A stretch of DNA of 64,000 nt. Source: a virus. Below the pieces are notes generated by a model. The model did no database searches. It was not told the origin of the DNA and was given only the letters and a program-made list of their open reading frames with translations. The stretch lies in the IMG/VR virus record IMGVR_UViG_3300024999_000040, positions 32,001 through 96,000 of that record. One strand, 5' to 3'. Shown piece by piece: positions 28,022 to 37,191 of this stretch; the stretch's first letter is position 1, and each line of letters starts with the position of its first letter. The translations under genes were made by a program, and so were the position numbers.

Positions 28022-28907
28022 GTCTATAATATATAATATTCAAATTAAAACCGCTTGCCAAAAAGTTGAAGCTGTATAGTAAGGATTATTTATAATATAC
28101 AATATTTAAATTAAAACTTGCAAGCTCAATAAGCACAAAGAAGGTCGTTGGGCATTTATAATATATAGTATTTAAATTAAAACTTTCCAACTTATACCAA
28201 ATGATGGTAATTACTGACACATTTATAATATACAATATTTAAATTAAAACTGATGAAACTAGAGCACTTGATGTAGCTACGAACTTTATAATATATAATA
28301 TTTAAATTAAAATAATCTACAATTTGGGTGAGAGTCTAGTCCAGGAATGTTTATAATATACAATATTTCAATTAAAACGTGGAGCGTAGTAGGATAATTG
28401 TTTTTTGGAACATAATTTATAATATATAATATTTAAATTAAAACGTCTAAACCTGCATCAGTTAGCATTTTATCAAATTCATTTATAATATATAATATTC
28501 AAATTAAAACTGGTAAAGCTGTTAGTAATTGTAAGATAACGGTTGTGTTTATAATATATAGTATTCAAATTAAAACCAGATTGCTTGGGATATGGTATAT
28601 GTGAATTTACATTATTTATAATATATAGTATTTAAATTAAAATAAGGAATTTCCAGTTATCAGCAGTCTGATTTTCGTCATTTATAATATATAGTATTTA
28701 AATTAAAACATTATTTAAAAATGAAAATTATCAAATTCCTGATTGATTTATAATATACAATATTTAAATTAAAACCATATCATATCAATTTGCACAAATA
28801 GTTTATGATATATTTATAATATACAATATTTAAATTAAAACAAGTACTGGAATTAATAAGATATATGTGAAAGCGAAATTTATAATATACAATATTCTAA
28901 TTAAAAC
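28022..28907 (-). CRISPR. Type I-B CRISPR array: 14 repeats (30 bp, consensus GTTTTAATTTAAATATTRTATATTATAAAT) and 13 spacers of 33-37 bp
   Basis: Repeats start at 28022, 28088, 28154, 28221, 28284, 28349, 28415, 28481, 28547, 28614, 28680, 28746, 28812 and 28878. The degenerate terminal repeat is at the cas3 side. Confidence 0.97.
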
Positions 28908-29107
28908 CCATCGTATTTACAAGCCTTATTATTAAAGGCTTTTAGATACTAAAACTATCGATGTATTATTAAATTATCAAAGTTCACATATATTTTACAA
29001 AAATCAAACAAACTAAAGTTCATAGCTATTGATTCTAGTAGGGTTATAATACTTTGTCGATGCATTGGTATTTTTGCATTATATTACATCGACAAAGTAT
29101 TCTTTAA
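28908..29107 (-). promoter_or_regulatory. CRISPR leader
   Basis: AT-rich 200 bp. GTCGATG...TGCAAAAA...CATCGAC inverted motif (15-bp arms at 29048-62 and 29087-101), as in clostridial I-B leaders. Confidence 0.75.
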
Positions 29108-30172
29108 TTATATTAATGTATTCTTTAAATATTCAATATAATTATCATAAGTTTTTCCGATAGTAGAAATTATAATTCTTTCATCACCTTCAAAAGTATC
29201 TTTTAAATCTTGTTCTAATTCACCCATAAATCCAGACCTAATGCCTATATATATCTTTGAAATTCTGAATTCTTCATTGTCATCAATGGTTTGTTTTAAA
29301 TATTCAAGATTTAATTTATTCTCTCTAAATATATTACAGAATATTCCACCGCCAATACTATAATCAGCAAGTATTGTAAATTTACTATTTAAATCTTCCA
29401 AATGATTTCCAACATCAGTTCTTAAATGTTGAATTGCTTTTAATGTATGAGAAATTCTATTAAATCTTTCATCTTTACTCAATAGAATATTACCATTTTT
29501 ATCTGCTTGTATTCCTAAAGTAGATAATTCATTTGGTAAAAAATCTACATAACCACATTCATCAGGTTTAATAGTGAATTGTCCAACTCTATCTACTTCA
29601 AAACAGAAAGGCATTGACATTTTACAAGAATAAACTTCTTTAGTATATAATATATTATTAGAATTTGTTTTTTTTGTGCAAAATTCTTCTTGAATCGTAG
29701 TATGTCCTATTGCTTGTAAAGACGAGATAAATAAACATTTATATCTTTTTTTAGTCATAGCTCTAGTATATTTTTTACCCTTTTCTTCGTATAAAGATTG
29801 CTTTTCTTTTGACAATAAATCATAATCTTTTTTATTGATCTCAATAGTTTTAGCTCTCATAAAGCCCATGACATCTTCATCATAATTTATATATGGATTT
29901 GCTTCTATAATAACTGTTTGTTTATCAGCTTCTCCATCTAACTCAATATTTGAGTTCTTATGTCCATATGTATCCCTTACAATTATCTTAATACAATATT
30001 TCATATTTTGAGGACTAGCATATGGGAAAATACCTTCATTACTTTTAATTTTCTTGACATAACTTTTATTTGTAGTCCCTCCTGTAGCTTTTCCTTCAAC
30101 TTCTTTACTGCTCATGTTTAACCTTGCATTTCTCGTTTCTATTGCTGTAATTCCCTGCAAAAATCTTGTCAT
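29108..30172 (-). CDS. cas7: Cas7 (Cst2/DevR type, I-B)
   Basis: ARLN, PYASPQNMKY and NPYINYDEDVMGFMRA motifs. Confidence 0.88.
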   Translation of the reverse strand: MTRFLQGITAIETRNARLNMSSKEVEGKATGGTTNKSYVKKIKSNEGIFPYASPQNMKYCIKIIVRDTYGHKNSNIELDGEADKQTVIIEANPYINYDEDVMGFMRAKTIEINKKDYDLLSKEKQSLYEEKGKKYTRAMTKKRYKCLFISSLQAIGHTTIQEEFCTKKTNSNNILYTKEVYSCKMSMPFCFEVDRVGQFTIKPDECGYVDFLPNELSTLGIQADKNGNILLSKDERFNRISHTLKAIQHLRTDVGNHLEDLNSKFTILADYSIGGGIFCNIFRENKLNLEYLKQTIDDNEEFRISKIYIGIRSGFMGELEQDLKDTFEGDERIIISTIGKTYDNYIEYLKNTLI

Positions 30173-30218
30173 AACAATAATCTCCTTTTAAAAATTTTAT
30201 TTGAATTTATTTTAATAA

Positions 30219-30464
30219 TTACTGCATAGTTATTCTGAATTGAAGAGAAGTTTTATAATCTTTCCATTTTCTAAAATTTAAAACTTCTTCCATTTCATCT
30301 AAGTTAGATAGAATATTTAAACTTTCTTGATATTTAAGCAAAAAATCTTGAAATTTAGATTTATTATCACAACATCTTAGTTGTTTAGACAGTTCTTTAC
30401 TATCTTCTGATTCAAGTAACTTTATACATATCTTATTAACAATTTCTTTTTGCTTTTCTGTCAT
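30219..30464 (-). CDS. cas11: Putative internally translated Cas11 small subunit (81 aa)
   Basis: In-frame ATG (MTEKQKEIV) with GGAGG 8 nt upstream inside cas8. Confidence 0.65.
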   Translation of the reverse strand: MTEKQKEIVNKICIKLLESEDSKELSKQLRCCDNKSKFQDFLLKYQESLNILSNLDEMEEVLNFRKWKDYKTSLQFRITMQ

Positions 30465-31316
30465 TTCATAATCCTCCAATAATTCATATAATTCTTTTGA
30501 GCAATTTTTATTATATTTTAATAATGTATTTGTAAAACTACTTTTATTTATCAAATTATAAAATAAACCTAGTTCAATAAATTCATGTAGTAATTGAGAT
30601 GATTTTAAATCTGATAATAAATTATAATCTTTTCTATTAAGAACTTTTTCATCATAAAAAACATTTTGTCCATTTGCAATGCAGTGTTGAGATAAGTAAT
30701 TTGAATTAAACATATCTTGAATTCGCTTTATATTTAAACAAGTTTCAATGTAATTATCAGTTTTCTTTATTTTAACATCAATTAATTGATTCTTGTCTAT
30801 TTTAAGTTGTTGTTGATTAGTTATATATCTCATGGCTTCATCTGAGTCACTATTATACAATATAGCAGAACCAATTCTTTGATTATTTAAAACACTTATT
30901 AAAGATAAATAAACACAAATCGGACATATATCTACATGCTTTAAATTACTAGCATGGTTAAAAAAAGTTTGTGATACCAAGTTAGCTATATATTTTCTAT
31001 CCACTTCTATATTAGTGTTAACTTGTTTTTCTCCACAGATTATACAATATTTATGATTAGATATATTATTTAATAATTCTCTCATAACTTCTTCTATGGA
31101 TTTTTTAGATTTAGTCTGAGTTAATATAGAATTAAAATGTGTTAATGCTTGACAAATGTCTACTCCTTCAGATTTTATTGCAGATTGTATTTTAGCACTT
31201 ATAATTTTATTATTTTCAAATAAATCTTGAATAGTAATTTCTGAATAAGGTTTCTTTATTATATTTTCTAAAACAAATAATCCATTATCAACTTGATAGT
31301 GATATGTTCTTTTCAT
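30219..31316 (-). CDS. cas8b: Cas8 large subunit (compact Cas8b1/Cst1-like)
   Basis: CIICG and ICPICVYLS zinc motifs, position between cas6 and cas7. Confidence 0.8.
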   Translation of the reverse strand: MKRTYHYQVDNGLFVLENIIKKPYSEITIQDLFENNKIISAKIQSAIKSEGVDICQALTHFNSILTQTKSKKSIEEVMRELLNNISNHKYCIICGEKQVNTNIEVDRKYIANLVSQTFFNHASNLKHVDICPICVYLSLISVLNNQRIGSAILYNSDSDEAMRYITNQQQLKIDKNQLIDVKIKKTDNYIETCLNIKRIQDMFNSNYLSQHCIANGQNVFYDEKVLNRKDYNLLSDLKSSQLLHEFIELGLFYNLINKSSFTNTLLKYNKNCSKELYELLEDYEMTEKQKEIVNKICIKLLESEDSKELSKQLRCCDNKSKFQDFLLKYQESLNILSNLDEMEEVLNFRKWKDYKTSLQFRITMQ

Positions 31317-32090
31317 TTAAGCCTCTTTTCTGGAAGTTATATAACTTAAACATCCAGCTCCCGAACTTGAATTTTGTCCTAATCCTAAATAATATATTAT
31401 CTTTTGCATTTTAGGAGAAGTTTGCACCCACACATTATATATATAACCGTTATTGTAGATTTCTTTTACTTTAAAACTTTTTGATTTTATCTCATCTATA
31501 TCATCTATATCAAAGAAAATTTCACCTTTAAAATCTTCTTGATATATTAGTTTATACTTCCTTTTAGCATTTTCAATGAGATTTTTATAATATAAACTTT
31601 CATAAACCGTAAGAGTATATGGCTTACAATTATCATCTTTAGAAGTTTCTATTACTGGACTAAGAGCCTTATATAACATTATGTTATTAAAAAGTACTGA
31701 CTTATCAACTTTAATATCTTTTAATATAAATTCATTGTCTTGTAATTTTATTTTTTTTGCATGAAGAATACCCTTAATGATTTTTTTGATAATATCTTCT
31801 TTACCAGAAATAATAAGTTTTAATATTGTATATTTATTTATTTTTATACCTTGTTTTGTAAAATGAGCATTCTCAAATAATAAAGTGAAGTTAAATAATT
31901 TATATATATGTCCTGATTCAACTCTATAACCTTGATTATGTAACATTTTTTCTAATATTTGATCAGATATTGATAAATAATAGTAACAATTTTTCATAAC
32001 TTCATAATTATTATCATATGGTATTACTGTTTCTATTGGTGAAGTAAATATAATTTGTTTCCTGCAAAATAAACTTTCTTTAGTCTGCAT
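31317..32090 (-). CDS. cas6: Cas6 endoribonuclease
   Basis: LHNQGY, YKLFNFT and the C-terminal GLGQNSSSGAG loop. Confidence 0.92.
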   Translation of the reverse strand: MQTKESLFCRKQIIFTSPIETVIPYDNNYEVMKNCYYYLSISDQILEKMLHNQGYRVESGHIYKLFNFTLLFENAHFTKQGIKINKYTILKLIISGKEDIIKKIIKGILHAKKIKLQDNEFILKDIKVDKSVLFNNIMLYKALSPVIETSKDDNCKPYTLTVYESLYYKNLIENAKRKYKLIYQEDFKGEIFFDIDDIDEIKSKSFKVKEIYNNGYIYNVWVQTSPKMQKIIYYLGLGQNSSSGAGCLSYITSRKEA

Positions 32091-32712
32091 ATATGTAATC
32101 TCCTTTTATGCTCCATATAAATATATTTTGATTATCATCTTCGTCAAAATTTTTATCATAATTAAATTCATTATTAAATCGTAGAGATATAATTCTTGAA
32201 TCATAACTACCTAGTTTTGAATTATATTTTGTATATGCTGTTAACATAGGGATAATGTGTCCAGTTCCTATATTAATTGGAGTATATTGACCATAGCCAA
32301 TCCCTTGTTTGTTAACTAATTCAATTTCTTGTATTGGCATCTCTATTTTTGCTAATGAATCGGCTTGCCCCAATGTTAAAGTTCTAAACATGTTTATAGG
32401 TAATTTTATATCTGTATATATTATTAATTCAGTATCAAATAAATATTCTTTAGAACATGCGTCAGTAGTCATATTCTTTGGTTTTTGGTTTTTAATATCC
32501 ACTTTATACTTCTTGACTAAATCTTCGAATAGAGTGTCATATTTAAAGGTATATCCTAATTTAAAGTTGTTTATATTAAAACCATAGATATTTCTTAAAA
32601 TGCCAATCACTGTACTAGGAGGAGGACACCTATGTGTCATTCTATTTTTGGAAGTATACGGTATTCCAAAATGTGCAATAGGAGCTATAATTTTAATTTT
32701 CTGTAGTTTCAT
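32080..32712 (-). CDS. cas5: Cas5
   Basis: AHFGIPY...THRCPPPSTVIGIL. Confidence 0.92.
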   Translation of the reverse strand: MKLQKIKIIAPIAHFGIPYTSKNRMTHRCPPPSTVIGILRNIYGFNINNFKLGYTFKYDTLFEDLVKKYKVDIKNQKPKNMTTDACSKEYLFDTELIIYTDIKLPINMFRTLTLGQADSLAKIEMPIQEIELVNKQGIGYGQYTPINIGTGHIIPMLTAYTKYNSKLGSYDSRIISLRFNNEFNYDKNFDEDDNQNIFIWSIKGDYIYAD

Positions 32713-32736
32713 TTTTGTATTTACCTCACATTTGTT

Positions 32737-32764
32737 ATTATATCAACTTAGTTCAACAAGTCAA
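32737..32764 (-). promoter_or_regulatory. cas operon promoter containing the shared AACTAA(A/G)TTGA box
   Basis: TTGACT-16-TATAAT on the - strand with extended TG. Confidence 0.6.
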
Positions 32765-32918
32765 GTGTTTTTTATTTATTGATTCTTTTTCTAGATACCT
32801 CCTTTTAGTTGCAAATTTGCTAACTTGTTTATTTGTTGACTGTGATTCCATTATACTATAGTAGATAACATCTTGTCAAGCATATTATTATATTTATTTA
32901 ATTGAAAATTTTACTTCT

Positions 32919-33224
32919 TTAGCAATACGCCTTTCTAAGACTTCTACTAATTGTTTTTCTCCATCTGTTGCTATCTGCAACATCATCCTTCAGCACTGGG
33001 AACATGTTGACTACTTTACGGCGAATTCTTGAAATACTTTCAAAATTTACTCTATGCTTAATAAAGTTTTCCATATTGAATTCAGTATCATAGTATGTAG
33101 TAAAAAATTTGACAAAAAGTTCATGGTCATCTAATCTGGCTGTAGGATATTTGTCAAGTATTTCTTTTACTCTGTTCTCCATGATAGATAGAGATGTTTT
33201 AGATTTGGTTGTTGAAGCGTTCAT
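32919..33224 (-). CDS. Hypothetical protein
   Basis: ILDKYPTARLDD.EL...FESISRIRRK pattern. Confidence 0.65.
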   Translation of the reverse strand: MNASTTKSKTSLSIMENRVKEILDKYPTARLDDHELFVKFFTTYYDTEFNMENFIKHRVNFESISRIRRKVVNMFPVLKDDVADSNRWRKTISRSLRKAYC

Positions 33225-33375
33225 ATGTATTACCTTACCTTTCTTATTATATTTATTTTATATGTTTATTTTATCACTATATGTACTTAGTTTTAAAAGT
33301 TTTATTCAGGTGATACAGTTGACGCTACACCACCTAAATTTGTGTCAAGTCAGACACTCAAAGTCAATGAATATT

Positions 33376-33594
33376 TTATTTTATAATAAAACCACAATCA
33401 AAATCACCGATTTCAAATTCATAACCATAAATATTAGTAACACAATCTTCTTTTTGAATATCATCAATTGCTTTAATATCAATATTATCTAAAAGACGAA
33501 TAGTTTGTTTACCTATTATTAACGTAGGTTTTTTATTGTTTAATGCTTGAAACATTTGAGCTTGATTGATTATTACATTAGTTAAATTATTCAT
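33376..33594 (-). CDS. Hypothetical protein
   Basis: ORF with AGGGG RBS. Confidence 0.55.
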   Translation of the reverse strand: MNNLTNVIINQAQMFQALNNKKPTLIIGKQTIRLLDNIDIKAIDDIQKEDCVTNIYGYEFEIGDFDCGFIIK

Positions 33595-33636
33595 ATTTTC
33601 CCCTTTCATTCATTTTATATTTCTTAAACTTATTGT

Positions 33637-33921
33637 TTATGTAGGTATAATTATTTTAATAGTTGTATCTTCAGGTGTATTTGGATCTATCTTTGATCTA
33701 AGCTTTTCATTTAATGAAAAAGAGTTCACCTGAATAGTATTAATCATTTCACGCCAACCATCTGTTAAATAAGAATCATCTAGTAAATGATCATTAAATG
33801 GTGAAATTCCACTATCAGTTATTTTTCCAATAGTTTTAACTGTAGCAGAGATTTTTACTTCTTTATTTTTATCAATTTCTGCAATGTAGTTAATTATTTT
33901 TAATACAGATTCTTTATTCAT
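33637..33921 (-). CDS. Hypothetical protein
   Basis: ORF with AGGAG RBS. Confidence 0.6.
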   Translation of the reverse strand: MNKESVLKIINYIAEIDKNKEVKISATVKTIGKITDSGISPFNDHLLDDSYLTDGWREMINTIQVNSFSLNEKLRSKIDPNTPEDTTIKIIIPT

Positions 33922-33964
33922 ACAATATTCTCCTTTCCCTTATAAACATTTGATTCTAAAGTTT

Positions 33965-34348
33965 CTATCCTATGATACCAATACCAAGTATAATTTCGTT
34001 TGTCCAATTTTCTAGTATTCTAAAATCTCTTATAACAATTTTAATAGGTTTTGAAACTATGCTATAAATTCCATCATGGTTTATAATCATATCTTCAATA
34101 ATTTCAACAAATTTATTAACAATTGTTGACATTGCTACAGGTTCATTAAAATTATAAGTTATAGTTTTATTCCACGAAACTACAACTTGATTTCCATTAG
34201 AATCATTGAAACAAGCACTATCGCCGAATGATAAAAGTCTAATATCACAAAATGAAATATCTTTTTCTATTTGTTCTTCAATTTTTTTAAGTATTTTCTG
34301 TGTAAAATATTCTGTATAGTTCATCATTGAATATATTTCCCTAATCAT
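33965..34348 (-). CDS. Hypothetical protein
   Basis: ORF with AGGAG RBS and an upstream consensus promoter (34399-34427). Confidence 0.6.
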   Translation of the reverse strand: MIREIYSMMNYTEYFTQKILKKIEEQIEKDISFCDIRLLSFGDSACFNDSNGNQVVVSWNKTITYNFNEPVAMSTIVNKFVEIIEDMIINHDGIYSIVSKPIKIVIRDFRILENWTNEIILGIGIIG

Positions 34349-34468
34349 ATTTTAACTCCTTCTTGCTATTAAGTCGCAACCTATTTATTACACTTATTAT
34401 TATATCAATTTAGTTAAGGTTTGTCAACATAATATTTTCTACTGCCCATCACAGTAAAAATTTAATGT

Positions 34469-34975
34469 TTATATTTGCTTTTTACAGCATATTGATTTTA
34501 ATATATTATTCTGAAACGTAAAATCATTAGTAAGATCAATAAACTCATCTGCGGTTAATCCTATTAACTCATTTTCATTTTTAACCCTACATTCAATAAT
34601 AACACCGTTATAAAGTATAAATGTAGTTTTATGATTCCTAGACTCTGTAAGAAGTTTAATATCGTTTTTATTTATTACCATATGCATAAGATTTGTAAAA
34701 GTAATAAGTTCTGAAACATTACCAACAACAAGAATCTTATAATTATGTATTTTAGGAATAATTTTTTCTTTAAATACCATCTGTCTTTGCAAATCTTGAA
34801 TCATATGAAGTATTGTTTCTCTTGTCTTAGTTGTATTACTTCCAATCTCCACTTCATCATATTCTTCTTGAAGTTTTAGAAGTGTTTTAAGATGAAATTC
34901 CATACTGTAAGGTATATCGTATTTTTCTTTCCATTTAGTGAACTCTCTCTGAACGCTCTCACTCAAATTATTCAT
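34469..34975 (-). CDS. Hypothetical protein
   Basis: ORF with AGGAG RBS. Confidence 0.6.
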   Translation of the reverse strand: MNNLSESVQREFTKWKEKYDIPYSMEFHLKTLLKLQEEYDEVEIGSNTTKTRETILHMIQDLQRQMVFKEKIIPKIHNYKILVVGNVSELITFTNLMHMVINKNDIKLLTESRNHKTTFILYNGVIIECRVKNENELIGLTADEFIDLTNDFTFQNNILKSICCKKQI

Positions 34976-35082
34976 AATAATCTCCTTTAATTTTTGTATT
35001 TTATATTAAATACCAGATGGGTTAGTATTAATACCTTAGTTAAATAGCCTACTGCCCACTAACAGTAGACTATTATATTTAC

Positions 35083-35772
35083 TTATCTTATATCCACAGA
35101 CAAATTCTTATCAGAACAATCCAAATATACTACCTTTGTCATTGAAGGAACAACAATATATTCTTTTGGAATGCTCAATCTCATATTATTAATCATATTG
35201 TCTTGCATTTCTTTATTTATGGCTGGTTTATTATCTTTATCTTTTGGAATTTCATGAACTATAATACCTTTTATTTTATCGAGATTGTTTTGTTGCCATT
35301 CTCTTATCTCTTCAACTTTCGATTCGATTTTTAATTTCTCTGCCTTTTTACTTGCTTCTTCAATTAAATAATTTGCTCTATTTTGTTCTTTATTTTCCTT
35401 ATAGATTTGTTTAACACAATTTAATTTAGATAACAATTTTTCCTTATTATTTTCTTGATCATCAATATATTCAGTGACATAAGATACATTGTAGTAAATA
35501 TAACCATCTGTACCTACTGTAACTTTTTGAATTGTTGTATAAACTCCCTTTTCACTTAAAAATATTTCATCTTTTTCTTTTAATTGATGAGGTAGTTCAT
35601 ATTCACCAATCTTAACTCTTTCTATTGTTTCTGAATCTTCTTCTAATTTTGGTTCACATAAAGAATTTTTTAAAGACCATTCATCTGCATTTTCTAGTTT
35701 GTAGAACCTTCTCACTTTTCTTCCCATTAAAATACTATGTACTTTATTAGTTTTGCTTTTTATTGTTGACAT
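35083..35772 (-). CDS. Hypothetical protein
   Basis: 229-aa ORF with RBS. Confidence 0.65.
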   Translation of the reverse strand: MSTIKSKTNKVHSILMGRKVRRFYKLENADEWSLKNSLCEPKLEEDSETIERVKIGEYELPHQLKEKDEIFLSEKGVYTTIQKVTVGTDGYIYYNVSYVTEYIDDQENNKEKLLSKLNCVKQIYKENKEQNRANYLIEEASKKAEKLKIESKVEEIREWQQNNLDKIKGIIVHEIPKDKDNKPAINKEMQDNMINNMRLSIPKEYIVVPSMTKVVYLDCSDKNLSVDIR

Positions 35773-36116
35773 ATTGCCAACCTACCTTTCTGTGCTATGC
35801 ACATTTAAATGTTTTATTTATATTAAATACCTAGTGGGTGGTATTAAATATCTTGATTATAGTATTTCTCTATATCCTTTACCATTATAAGAACCTATAA
35901 TGCCTCTAAGTTCTAATTCTTCAAGCATTATATTAGCCCAAGTAGTTCCATTTTTAAATTTTTTTTTGAATTAAAGTCCCATTGAAATTTTGTGTATCTT
36001 TACAACTATTTGCTAACTCGATAACTTTTATAACATCTTCTTCTGTTAGTATATTATAGTTATTTAACATGACAAACCTCCTTTCTTTAACCCAATAAAA
36101 TTCTCTTTTTAATGCC

Positions 36117-36383
36117 TTATTTAATTCCAAATTTACCATTCTTAAAATTATATAATCCTGTTTCATACCATTTGCCTATATGATTCAATCTATTGGCAAT
36201 GCATGTAGGACATAATAATCCTCCTCTTTTATATTGAGAAGGAGTAATCAATTCCCATAATTCATCTGCAATAACCATATCAGGAAAATCTTCATACGGC
36301 ATTCCGCAATCATAACATTTATCATATTCCCCACATGGCCTTTCTTCTTCAGTATATTTCCAAGGATATTTATAATTCTTCAT
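36117..36383 (-). CDS. Zinc-finger hypothetical protein
   Basis: CYDC...LWE...GGLLCPTC. Confidence 0.6.
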   Translation of the reverse strand: MKNYKYPWKYTEEERPCGEYDKCYDCGMPYEDFPDMVIADELWELITPSQYKRGGLLCPTCIANRLNHIGKWYETGLYNFKNGKFGIK

Positions 36384-36418
36384 AATTTACCTTTCTAATA
36401 AACGATAGAACCCACATT

Positions 36419-36619
36419 TTATTGTCTCATTATTTCTTTAGAAAAATCATACAAATCATCTTCCTCGATTTCCATATGAGGCATTTCACCGTTACACTTG
36501 ACACAATACAAATGTTTAATGTGATGTTTCTCACGTTTTTTATTAAGTTTTCTAGGGATAGGGAATATGTTCCCACATCCCAAGCATTGTAGATTTTGAA
36601 TATAAATGTTTTTCTTCAT
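36419..36619 (-). CDS. Ribosomal-protein-L33-like zinc ribbon protein
   Basis: CLGCG.IFPIPRK..KKRE..HIKHLYCVKC. Confidence 0.55.
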   Translation of the reverse strand: MKKNIYIQNLQCLGCGNIFPIPRKLNKKREKHHIKHLYCVKCNGEMPHMEIEEDDLYDFSKEIMRQ

Positions 36620-37191
36620 AATAATTGTTGAATTTCTCTTTGTCTATTGCCAGCAAAATTCCAATCAATTCTCTTTGGTGGATTTAGAAAATTCTTATAA
36701 GCTAATGCCATTTGTTTTGCAGCTATATCAAAAGGTACTCTACCAGTTGCAGTACCTAATCCACAACATGCAACAGTTTGAATATTTCTATGTTTACTTG
36801 TAGCAATTAGCATAGCTTTCATTGCTTGATAAACATTGTCTGTGTTTCTTATATCCATAGGGACTCTCATTGTAGGAGTATGTGCTAAGTATGGATGCAT
36901 GTCATGATAAGTTTGAATAATAAATGATGTTCCTACTGGCTGTTCTCCAGCATAGTTTTCAATAATATATTCTTGTACTCTTTCCATTAATTGAGTACCA
37001 AAATATCTTGTAATGGCTAAATCTATACCACCATCCATTAATCCAAAAGAATTTGCAGGACTAACTATACAATCATAATCAGGCAAATTTTCTAAAGATG
37101 AATGTAGTACAGTTACATTAGTCAAATCTTTAAAGGCTATTTCAAATTCTTTGCATAGGTCTTTATTTATATCAAATAATAGTAAATTCAT
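36616..37191 (-). CDS. Macrodomain ADP-ribose hydrolase
   Basis: DCIVSPANSFGLMDGGIDLAI, HTPTMRVP and GLGTATG. Confidence 0.9.
   Translation of the reverse strand: MNLLLFDINKDLCKEFEIAFKDLTNVTVLHSSLENLPDYDCIVSPANSFGLMDGGIDLAITRYFGTQLMERVQEYIIENYAGEQPVGTSFIIQTYHDMHPYLAHTPTMRVPMDIRNTDNVYQAMKAMLIATSKHRNIQTVACCGLGTATGRVPFDIAAKQMALAYKNFLNPPKRIDWNFAGNRQREIQQLL

Noticed and set aside
28511-28546. Spacer 8 as a CreA-like guide against the promoter at 32856-32879 (shared AGATAAC...TTGT)
   Set aside because: The match needs an indel in the seed and is short in AT-rich DNA.
23390-32712. CRISPR-associated transposon (Cascade plus integrase)
   Set aside because: There are no tns/tniQ genes, Cas3 is intact, and the integrase has an ordinary attP/xis arrangement.
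32882-32910. Degenerate CRISPR repeat upstream of the cas operon
   Set aside because: The similarity is only A/T low complexity and needs gaps.
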